Part shown: positions 13,601-25,600 of the stretch, piece by piece
Layout: the number at the start of each line of letters is the position of its first letter
Position numbering within the stretch: position 1 is the stretch's first letter
Origin: Phoronis australis
Lineage: Eukaryota > Animalia > Phoronida
Direction of reading: 5' to 3'
Length of the DNA stretch: 64,000 nt
Assembly (NCBI GenBank): GCA_002633005.1
Contig: NMRA01000108.1
Span: 601,006-665,005, forward strand
Notes under the pieces: model-generated
What the model saw: only the letters and a program-made list of their open reading frames with translations
The model's database searches: none
What the model was told of the DNA's origin: nothing
Position numbers and translations under genes: made by a program

Positions 13601-16600
13601 GGATGCCGTCAGTCCTTTCATTCACAAAGTCGCAATAACATTGAGCTAACGAGGTGTACTTATGATAGAATGGTGCCGGGGAAAATGAAGACAAAATGTA
13701 GTTTTGATCCTAATGGAGTTGTGCGTCTACATGCATGCCACCGTTGGCGTTGAAAACGAAATCTACGAGTCGCCTCAAGCCTCTGTGGTCATGAGCACAG
13801 AAAGTTGTGAAAAGAGATAAATCCTCACCCTAATTCCTTACTTCAATAAATAAGTTGACATTTCGATGTTTCGATTTCATGCTAACAACATACTTTAACC
13901 ACCGATTCGATTTTTGCAATCCATTTCTTTCTTGGTTTCGTATCAATATCCCAGCATGTGACGTGTACAGCCTATGAACTGTGACCTACTTAATAGAAAG
14001 TAGGGCGTAAACAACAGTAAAAGTTGGCTGGGAACAATACGTCTATTTGAGGTTTTAATGATAATTAAGTTAGTTACGCAATGCAAAATCAGTTAACATT
14101 GCGAGTGAATGTTGCAATAGCTAACATAGTTAAGGATTGTATAGGTTATGTGTACCAAAACAAGTTTTCACCGAATAATTAACCAAAGACTTTGAGATTT
14201 TCACTTGGCCCAGTTTAATCGGCTTTTTCTCGGCTTCGGCAAATCGACTTTATTTGAACTTAGGAACACTAGTTCTCGAAAACGGCTTGATGGATTTCGC
14301 TGAAACTTCCCAAACGTAATATTCAGTCATCAATCTCAAAAACGCTGTTAGGATTTTTAATATAAAGGCCTAGTTTTTGCGTAATGTGCCAAAGATAAAT
14401 ATAACTTCAATTTTTTACAAAAATACCTTACGTTTTACAAGTTGATTTGTCATAGAAACCAAATTAACAGACTAATCGAAAATTCCTAACAGCTTTTTGA
14501 GGTAACTGGTGAAGTTTTCATTTAAACAAGGTTTCATTAAAATCAACCAAGGATTGTTTTGTTATGAAAGTATCTTTCTTAAAAATGAAATTTTGACTTA
14601 AAAAGGTTTTTACGAAAAATAATAATAGCACGTAAATACAAAAAGTATATTTAATATTTCCTGGTTCTGTTCTTTCAGAAAATATACTTTTACTAGTTGA
14701 CAAAGCTTAGTTTTTTGATATCCGAGTTAGAATGGAGGCCACTAAATAAGGTTGGAGATGACCTTAAGTAATCGATAAACATTCTCAAGGTCTTATGTAG
14801 CTGTATAACCATCAGATTGTGATGTAAAAAGCAACTTTGAGTTCAAGACAGGGACTCATCAGGCGACCGTCATGGCCATCCATGAGGAAGCCAATATTAA
14901 ACAATGACAGTTTGGACAGCAGGGCCAAGAGAAAAAAAATGACCAGTTTCAAGTCAAGCTAAGCCAAAATGACTGCTAAACAAGGAAACTTAACATTTCT
15001 GATAAAAAAAATTATCGAAACCTACAATTCATTGTTTAATGCCATAAATATTCAGACATAAATCAAGATCACAAACCATTACCGCCTATTTTTTACCATA
15101 AATTAGACACTATCAGCACATGCTGGCAGCCAGGTTTTTCGGGAGAATACCTTTCTTTACTGTGACATCAGGATGACCTCACACGGAATCCCTGCATTTG
15201 ACGAGTGCCAATCTCACAAATTTGGACCCCCACTTTTTAAATGCTAGATGAGTCCCTGGTTTAGCATAAAGCCGTGTCCTCATAAAGTGCGCCAAACACT
15301 AGTTTGTCTTGAAGGTTACTAATCTTCATTGATGGTCTAAGTGTTATTTACACACAAACATTTTATTTAATGTGTGTATGAAAAAAAGCAATTTTGAGAA
15401 GTCCAAATAACAATGTCGGGTCAATTTCAGAATGTAACACTTGACAAAGTAAATCTACCTCCATAAGTAGCGCAGACAATTTCGTCGTAGCCTGAGGTGA
15501 TGACCTGACCTCCTTGGATGGAGGTCACACTTTCACTGGACACCTGCAACAACAAAAATTACAGTTCGCCATTCTCTTTCTGAATTGTGTTAAGCTTCAT
15601 CTTACGAAATGCCATTTGAGTTAATATTGAGTCCTACATCGAATAGCCCTAGATAGCCAACGTCTGAGTAAGACGAAAGCTAAGAAACGAAAAACAACAC
15701 CTACAAGTGCCTTTCAGACCACAGTATAACCACAGATAATATAGATAGATATGTCCACTTTCCTAATTTCACAACTCCACTTTTTGTGGCCTTTTTGTGC
15801 AAAATTAAATCAAATCTTCAACACTCACCAATGATTGAAATGACATGCACATTTTTTTAACCGAACCACTAACGCCTGCGTAATTCGGTCACAATTTTGT
15901 CCTTTCTAAGATTAGAAATGATTTCTGGACCATGACTACTCGAGACTAGCCTCAAGAAGTTGACAACAAAATTTCTCCTAAAGCCAGTTCTTCCTTAACC
16001 CACAAATCACTTCTAATTTCAAGATGGGGCAATAGGTGGCAGTAATAAGTGGCCTAATTCAAAAGTTGGTATCTTTGAACGTGCAGGTGGGCAGCGCATT
16101 GGGACTTCAAATATTAAACATTCTGCACAGAAAACAATGACAATGCGCTTCTGCTACACAAGATCAATCATCAGTGACTTGCCTTTGAAAGAGAGTTGAC
16201 TAACACTACTTGGCAATATATGAACACTTTGGGAAAGAGACATTTAAAATTTAATGGTCCAGTGACCATAATAAAATGTTAAGACAGCATTTAGATGATT
16301 GACATTTATGTTACTACAGGATTTGTTGACAGACACGTACAATACAACAGCAGTACTTGATTGACAAGATTTGCTGTCTCACACTCACACTATGCAGCTA
16401 CATAGTTGATTGATACTTACACTACTATAAGATTTGACTGACACTTATTGACTGACACTTATGTTAATACAGCATCAGTTGACTGACACTTTAGTGCAAA
16501 ACAGTTGGCACTTACATTACTGTAGCGCAGACTTGGTTCGTCAGCCTCATCATAGCTGTAAGCCTCCACAATGCCGTCGTCCCGACCCACAATCAAGTCT

Positions 16601-19600
16601 TTGATGCCATCAGCTGTGATGTCATAGTTGTCCAGGCTTAGTACACCTACAACAACAGAGGGCTCTGTCAACGCTGCAGCAGCTCAGTAAATTCATAAAC
16701 AAGACAGTATATAATCTTTACTCACTGAGCTCAGTTGAACTCGCTACTAGACAAGTAATAGAGAAAGGCATGAGAGACTTGGAAACGCATATCAGTTTCA
16801 AAATATTGTTCATCAAATTCTCAGAAGTCTCACAATTTAACTAGTAATGATCAGAAGTATTGAAGTGATACAAATAACACAAAACTAAACCCTTACCACA
16901 AAGACTTGCTTTACACATAGGAATGTATTATCTTTTATTAAAGCAAAAGCATTATAAACAAAGTGTCAAGTGATAAGGCAACATAGCAGATTTTTTTTAC
17001 AAGGAGAGATGAGCCAAGATATCTAACACACGTATACAATAATCAAACTTCATTGAGGACCAGATCCGCCACATTTGAATAACTTCCCAGACATTGTTGC
17101 ATTCTGGAGAGCGAGCTTTTCATGAGTGAAGTGAGTCTTCACTACTTATCGTCATACCAATTTTCTCACGAGTGCCTCGGGTCTACCGAACAAGTCCCAC
17201 GGTAGCATTGCATTTAAATCGGGGAAGAGAATGCTTCGCAAAAGTGGCGAGTATGAACAATCATATGCCTACCTCCATTTCGCTTTTCATTTGGAACCTC
17301 CCATCTGTGCATTGGAGAAAGCCTACAAAATGATGACAACAAGAATGAATCACCACCACCTGCACACAAAAGCCAATGTGACAATAAAGATAAGAACTTG
17401 CACGTTAGTGTTGACTGCACAAAATGTTTCAGCACTCTTATGTTCAATGAAAAACTTGCAAGGCTGGGCGTCTGCTACTGAATGCGACACTTCTTCAAAG
17501 TTAAATTGATTCTTGCAAGCTTTTGACTTGACCTAATCATCAATATATAAGGGCTTTAAAATTTAATTAGAATTAAATTAAATTGTACACTTTGATACCT
17601 CATCTACAAGTCAAGGACAATTACTCATCTCTTACTAAAAACACTCACTGCTACCCTGAAAGTAGCCATAAACCACTGGCTGAACATAAACTTCTCAACC
17701 ACTCACAACAAATCATAACAGCAATATCTGTAACACGGACACACATACACACACACACACTAACTGCACCAAGTACTCTACAAACAAATTGGACCTCAAA
17801 CTTTGAATATTAACACTATTACCTCATAGGTTCGCCTCTTGCAAGACTTAAATTCAGCATAAAAGCAAGCAATAGGTCACAAAATGCAAAATAAGATGAT
17901 CACAAAATGCATTTTTCTTCCAAATATCAGAAAAAAGTTTCGAAATGGACATCAAAAGTGACCAATCAAAATATCATTTCTAAGGCAAATTTTAACTACA
18001 GAATAACGTTTCCATCTTCAGTTGTTAACTTTAGCAGTTAATTGCCAGTCTCTTCCACTCATGATGGACTGCCACTATGACGATAAATTCCACTAGCATC
18101 CTGCCGTCATGACGGGGATATCCAGGTCATTTTGTGATGGCATATACTGTGCCAGGCACAAAACTGGCTCATATAGTTGTCTCACAAGTGGAAAAATTGG
18201 TAAAAGTTCACCCAGAACTAAAACGATATCATTAGTTAAGTCCACACATCGAATTATCCAGGAACAACTTGCCCCAAGAAACTGTGTTCTCACCTGGTGA
18301 GCTGAACCAGTCCTATGCGACCGTCAGACGTGCCATACAACACCTCATCACCGTTCTCCCCTCCGTCATTACAATAGAGGCACAACACCACGGGTGGTCC
18401 TGGCACCTCAACCTCGTAAAGTAGATCCGAGTCCTGGGAACGGAGAGAGTGAGAGAGTTCTAATAAAATAGGAAACGATCTGAAGGATACATATTAAGTG
18501 TCCATTCTTACATCTACCACGTTCACAAGATCACTTCGATACACAGGATAAGGGTACACTCCCAGTGCTTCACCATAACTGGAAAATACCATGTTCCTCA
18601 AAGTGGTTCACTCATCTTGAAATTTAACACTGGAAGATACCGTCTTACGGTTCTAGATCATGCAGACCTTTTATGTCATGGGTGTACATTAATAGCATTG
18701 GTTGTTCGTTTTTAACCCACCACAGCATCAAATCCATCGACATCACAAATAATTATATCAGAAAAACAATTTTTGGGACCTGGAAATGTTTTTAACTTAG
18801 TTCACACATAGCTTCTAAACAAGATAGCTTCTAACAGACCTCGGAAGCGGAGTTCTAAAAAAAGCCTAAATTTGAAGCGTAATCAAGTTATGAAATCCAA
18901 ACTGAAATAGGAGCAACCAAAACAAGACAGGAGCTGAGAATTTCATACAATTAAAGCAGCTATAAACTCTCTATTTCTCAAAAACAACATTCATTTAGAC
19001 AACTCAACGTGGCGAAATTGGACTTGAAATGTTCCATAGTTGTATCAGATGTGATTTCTGGTCTTCACTATTGCTCGAGACCAGACTCTACAAGTTGGCT
19101 CAATTATCACAGTGGGTCATTTTATGCATCCAGCATCATTTCAAGCACCAACTGAAAGCTCTTTGAAGTCCAGAAATCGCATCTCATTTGAATAACGAAC
19201 AAGTTGATATCAATTTTACAGCGGTAAGTGGTCCAACTCTAAAGTTAGTTTCTTTGGTTGAATATAGGTTAATAACTGCTTTAAGAGATGAAGCAAGCGA
19301 AGGTAACTAGATTGCGTGCCACAACCCAGCATGCAGCCATTTTATTCTACGTCTACAAATCTACAAAGCTACGATCTTTTACTTTTAAGTAATTAAGAGA
19401 ATTCAAAACACTTTTCATTATTGCTTAAACACTCTCATATGATTCACAAAGTGTAATGCTTTAATAAATAAATCAAATAGATGCTAGCATGTCGTGCAGC
19501 TATAGACGACATTTCAAGCGATGCGCTCTTTGTCAAGGGTATGATACAGACTGCCAAATAGATGAATATAAATAAAATCATAAAGGTGACCGCATTGTGG

Positions 19601-22600
19601 TATACAATAGACAGCATGAACAATGCTTTGTAAAGGTTCCTAACAGTTCAAACAGGAAACAAGACGGCTGAACATGAGAAAGATGGGAAGTCAATTTCAA
19701 ACTACGTCTATGCTACTGTCAGTAATGATGCAGAACTAATTACATGGCATGAATTCAAACTTCCAAAGAAAGGAAAAGCAAAGATAAATAATTTATAATC
19801 ACTCAGTTGTACCTCAACAGCCTTGTATTTTACAGCAAAGACAAATTAAAAAAAAATGTTTACTTAAGACTTTACAATCGACCAGATTGCTAACGAGTAC
19901 AGAAAAGAAGTGGATAATTGACGGTATAAGAACGCGGGAAAACAACCAGGGGCCAGGGTCAAACCACTTGATTCAAAAATGGACCAACTGTGAGGTCAAT
20001 TTCAAGTAAACTTCGAAGTTTGTACTCGAATTACGTGATACGATTGATTAAGTTTCGAGTCGGAGTACGAGTTGAGTCTGAGTTCAGGGATTAGCTCCTG
20101 GTCCCAGGTCTTACGTGTTATTGAAAAAAGAAAACAGAGAAAACAAAAGTTCTCAGTATTAGATGACTGAATGATAGGTTGGAGAACGTTACATGTGGTA
20201 AAGAAAACTAGAGCAAATATCTTCACTGTAAATTGCATGTTTAGATTGGTAGTAGAGCATAACAGAAAGCACTTAGTGAAATGCCATCCAATTTTGAATA
20301 TCTTCACTGACACTTAAACTGTGGGAAAAGTCTTATCTTTTGACAAAAATATAATTAAATTTGTTTTTAACTGTTATAAGAATATAAGACAAAAATCCAA
20401 AAGATGTTGAACTTGAGAGTTAAGATACAATTTGTATGTGAAGTCCTCGTTCAACACCTTGGTGTGGCCTGCTAGAATGCACTGGCGGACACCTGTCAAA
20501 AAGACACGACAGAAACATTTATACCCGGTCTCACGTATTTTGACTTTTTCATCTTTTATTTTAACACCTTGTACACTTTCAAACAATATGTAAATGCAAA
20601 TCCCAGCCAACATATACCTGTAAGACTCGCAGGACACGGTCCTGACATGCCAGAATTGGTGTGACCTCGGGGACTCGTTGCACGGGCAAACATATCAGGT
20701 CGTTGATTTTGTCACCTGACAGGAAATAGTGTAGGTCCTTGCAGTCACGATAGTGGTTGAAGATGTAGTTACCAGCTACCATTAGGTCTGCTCCCTCCAC
20801 TTGCCTGGGTAAAAATAGCAGTCAATAGTAACAACCCGAATTGAACTCTCCTCTTTAGCGGAGGTAGAAAACTCATTGTATGACACTGTAAAATGTTTGT
20901 AAAATGTTGTACATCAATAGATTCTCAACTCTGACATTTTTCTTGCGAAATTTCCTAGCAAACTCAGCTTCCGGTTAGTGTAATGCGACGGGAAATTCTT
21001 GCATCTATTTTACTGTCCAGTGTAGCAGACAACGTACTTGCTGGAAGTAAACCGTGCTATGTCTGTCAGGTGATGTTAGTGAACAGTGACATCACGGCTT
21101 ATGCGTAAGATCAAAGATTTCCTCCATTGAAAATGTACAGAGTTGGAAGTCCACATACTAGTCTATGGTCAAATGCAATTCTTTTGTGCGTCGAGTCTCA
21201 GTTTTAACTAAACGATAAAACCGTCAGTACCTTGAAAATTTCAAGTCCAGTTTCCCGACCTAAATTACCAGACAACAGTAATTTTCAAAAATGTTGTCAA
21301 AATCTGTTCTCATTGAAAATCAAATTTCTAAGTTGAAATTTCTGGTCAATTTTCAGATGACTTTAGCAATCTTCCTCCGCCTCCCTTCCGAGATTTTTGT
21401 AAAACTTTGATGAACCCGAACAAAACCCGTCAACTTCTTTCGAAAATTAACATCACGAATGTACATTCACAGAACAGGCCTAATTAGAATGAAGTGTAGC
21501 TTCAACAGGTTACAGTTACTTCCCCTGTATATTCCCTCCACTCACATGGATCGTATGCTCTCCGTCATGTTGGTGTCGAAGCCCAAGAACTGCTTCCCCT
21601 TCTTGTTAAACCCCTTCACCTCGGGTCCGCATGCCACAAACATCTTCTCCTTAACACTACCAGCGGGACCACCAAGATCAAGCCGGCTTATCTTTGTTCC
21701 AGGAAGGGTTTTGAAGGAATGCTGAAACAATTAACGTTCAACATACAAGATTATGACTCCAGTTCACATGAGGTTTAAGTCATACAATACTCCAATAACT
21801 GAAGAGATGCATAAATAACAGCTAACTAGAGGTGAAAACTGGTACATATTTTGTCGTTGGTGAGAGAATGAGATAAATGCAATCACTCAAAGCTTATCTC
21901 CTTTGGCAGCCATAAGTTTCATCCCCTTGTAGTAAATGAATTTGCGTAGCCAACCTTTCAACATTAGTACCACACTTTTGCTTCCCTGAGACAAGTTTGA
22001 AAACATTTCCTTAAACATTTTTTGACACTTAATTAATTGGAGTTAAATTGTAACAATTCTTCTGCTCCATGTTTTCATCTTTTGTATTATGTTTTCGTAT
22101 TTAACCTCGACAACTCAACAACAGGTGATTGTTGAGTTACCACACCCTTTCTCCAGTTAGGCCACTATGGGACCTTATCATCTCTAATGCAGAAGCAATT
22201 TCCCTAACGACAACACACCAACACTTCCTCTGTAATAAAATGTCTACTCGCATTTTGATGTGAGACGAAACTAGAGTGATTTGAGACTTAAATGAGAGAT
22301 AAATGCAAGGTTGACCAACCACTGAACACTGTTGCCAGCTGAACAAGTAGATCAACACTGGACAGCATATACGACCTGCAAACGCAAACCCTGTACCACG
22401 AAACCCGACAGCTCGTTCAAACGCCATTCATAACGATGGCATTGCTCCTGTTTTGATACCACACTATCTTGTTCAATTACAAAGGCTTGAGGAATCGGAT
22501 ATTAGACCTGGGATATTGCCCAAAATGCACTGGGTGGGATAAGTAGACTAATACTTAACTTTATTCTGGATTATACAGACAAAACAAGTTGATACTTTCT

Positions 22601-25600
22601 TCTCGAAAATTGGCAAAATTTCAGAGAAAAAATTTCAAATGATTTAGTTTTATTTATTGCCTAGTTTCCTTCGAGGTTGCAGCCATAATTTCAACGAACC
22701 CGGACAACTTTTGACTAACTTTTTGTGAAAACAGAAACCCAAATGGTTTACGATACAATACAGCAGACACGCAATTTAATTAGCTTAAAACCTCAAACCA
22801 TGAAGTACGAGATTATACTGTAATTACTAAGAAGCTCTTGGAAATTGCCAGACTGGCATAGTTCCATCTCATCTTGCATAGTACCGTACTTTGATTTTGA
22901 AGAAACCAAAAGCATAGACAGAACACACGTGGCGAAAACAATTTTAAAGCTGCAGCACTTTAGTCTACGGTGACAGAAGGTCCGTGTAAAATAGAATGTG
23001 ACTTTGTAAAATTGTTATTATGTTACTTTGCAAAACTGCCATAAACCCATCTTCCGTCACAAAAGCATTTTTATCTAGACAATTTACTGTTACGAAACTG
23101 GGCTCAAATTGTTTCTTAAGTTAGTCAAATGATTTCAGGGCTTAGAAAAATTGCAAGTTCGTTAGTGCTCGAGACCAGGAATTACAAGCTGGCTTGTGGC
23201 AGCTTGTCATTTTATTTGAGCAATAATCAGATGTCACACCAAAAACCGCTTCTCATCAGAGTAAGGAACAAGTTGGCACCAATCTTGTAGTGGAAAGTGG
23301 TCCAAATCAAAATTTTATTTCTTCAACAAAATGCAAGTTTACTGCCACTTTATGTGGAAATTCTTTCGTAAAATTTGTTGTGGCACAAAACCCCAGTTAG
23401 TTTCATACATTTAAAATACACCAATAAGTCCCTTAACTGTCATGCTGATGTTTATACATGATTTAATGATTAATTTTATTGTCTGTAGGTCTATTTCTTG
23501 ATATTTTTAAAAATTTTGTTTCTGTCATTTCTTTATAGTTTCATGTAACAGACAAGACATCAAATTTGTCTTGACACACAGGTAGTAAATCAACAGGTGA
23601 AAAGTTTTGTAAGATTTTCGCCAAATAACTGTGAATAATTATTAATGGTATCATTGCTACTTTTCATTATTAGCTTCACTAATTAAATGCTGTTCACACT
23701 TTGTGTGTCAGGTACGTTTGTGTGAATAAAGATTTCCAGTTGTAACAAAACATTTCCTACTCACCCTCTTTCGTGCTCAATAGCTAGTGTAATTTGAAAG
23801 ATTTCTGCCGTACAAGTTTTGTGGTAAATTTGTAGAAACTCATGAAATTATTTAGATCATAAGCTCAACATCTCATTATAGAATTAGTTGATGACCCTGA
23901 CAATAAAGAAAAAGGTAATTATATTAAGTTTTCAGCCTAGGATGGTAAATAAAGCAACTGAAATCTTCAAGTCATACTGAGTGTGCTTTAAGAGGCCAAA
24001 AACTCAGTAATTAAAGTACGTTTTAAAGCAGCTACAAACCTTTTTTGGCACAAAAATAACTTTTCATTTCGAACAATTACCATTACGAAAATCACCTCAA
24101 ATCGTTTGTTACATTTCAAAGTCAAAAATTGGTTTGATTTCTGTAAAGAATCAGCAGTTCGTTATTGCACGAGACACGACTCTACAAGTTAAACAGTCAT
24201 GACATGTTGTTTTATTGCATGAGACAAGACTCTAGAAGTTAAACAGTCATGACGTGTTGTTTTATTGCATGAGACAAGACTCTACAAGTTAAACAGTCAT
24301 GACGTGTTGTTTTATTGCATGAGACAAGACTCTACAAGTTAAACAGTCATGACGTGTTGTTTTATTTTGCCGGGCATGGTCTCGAACTATAACAAACTGA
24401 AAGTTGTTTGTAAAACCAAAAATCACATCTTATCTGAGAGAGAAACGTGTTGAGACCAATTTCATAGTGATAAGTGGCCTAAATAAGAAAATCAGCTTTT
24501 ACATCAGAATGTGGGTTTGTTGCCACTTATAAATGCCAAAAGCATCGCTTCTGACACGGACATGGCATGATCACGCAAAACGGAAGAACATTTGAATCGT
24601 TTCTGCTGACAAATGTAAAATCAAAAAATGACTATAGTCATTGAATTATACGCAATAAATTGTAGATAGAACTCATACTAGTTGTGCTTATGAGTTGGGC
24701 ACAATCAATATGACTTACGAAAAGATGCTATAGCCAAACAAGTCAGAAACAAACAGATCAGATAGACACTAAATAAACTTATTTTTAATGTATAAACTCG
24801 GGTGATTTCATTGACAGTGCTGCGGATGTTTTTCAAATGCATCGTGGGACGGTGACATCACGTGCATTTAAAACACGGAAACAACACTGTGGCTTGAGCG
24901 CAACAGGATTGAAAGCATGACTGTGTCCTCTGCAACATGCTTTTTGGTGCGAGTACGACTAAGAAAGTCGTCGTACAAAAATACAAGAGCAAAAGGGAGC
25001 CTCAAAATGCAATGAATATTTAGCAAACCTTTTTTGCGGAAGATTCTCCAGACAAGTGTCGCCAGGTCACACTGCAGTTAAATCTTATCACCTATAAGTC
25101 AACTCAGTCAGATTGCATGTCACCAAGTTACCTGCGATGTCACCGCGTGTTTACGAGATGACAATACTCCCACAGTGCATTTGAAAAATGATATCAGTGT
25201 TGTGGATGAAACCCTCAAATCCATACACAATTNGAGACAAGACTCTACAAGTTAAACAGTCATGACGTGTTGTTTTATTGCATGAGTCAAGACTCTACAA
25301 GTTAAACAGTCATGACGTGTTGTTTTATTGCACGAGACAAGACTCTACAAGTTAAACAGTTATGATGTGTTGTTTTATTTTGCCGGGCATGGTCTCGAAC
25401 TATAACAAACTGACAGTTGTTTGTAAAACCAAAAATCACATCTTATCTGAGAGAGAAACGTGTTGAGACCAATTTCATAGTGATAAGTGGCCTAAATAAA
25501 AAAATCAGCGTCTATATGTGGGTTTGTTGCCACTTACAAATGCCAAAAACATCGCTTCTGACACGGACATGGCATGATCACGCAAAATGGAAAAACATTT

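Noticed and set aside
13277-13753. 158-aa plus-strand ORF
   Set aside because: Crosses a transposon boundary, has no recognisable domain and has a non-ATG start.
11128-15458. Further exon-10 copies (AG...GT candidates near 11700, 11935, 12995, 13790)
   Set aside because: Each has an in-frame stop and lacks the G-x5-TT...L(K/R) pattern in the required phase.
24163-25379. Regularly spaced repeats that might suggest a CRISPR array (also 32155-32247, 57115-57560)
   Set aside because: Head-to-tail units with no unique spacers, no cas genes, and an intron-containing eukaryotic context.
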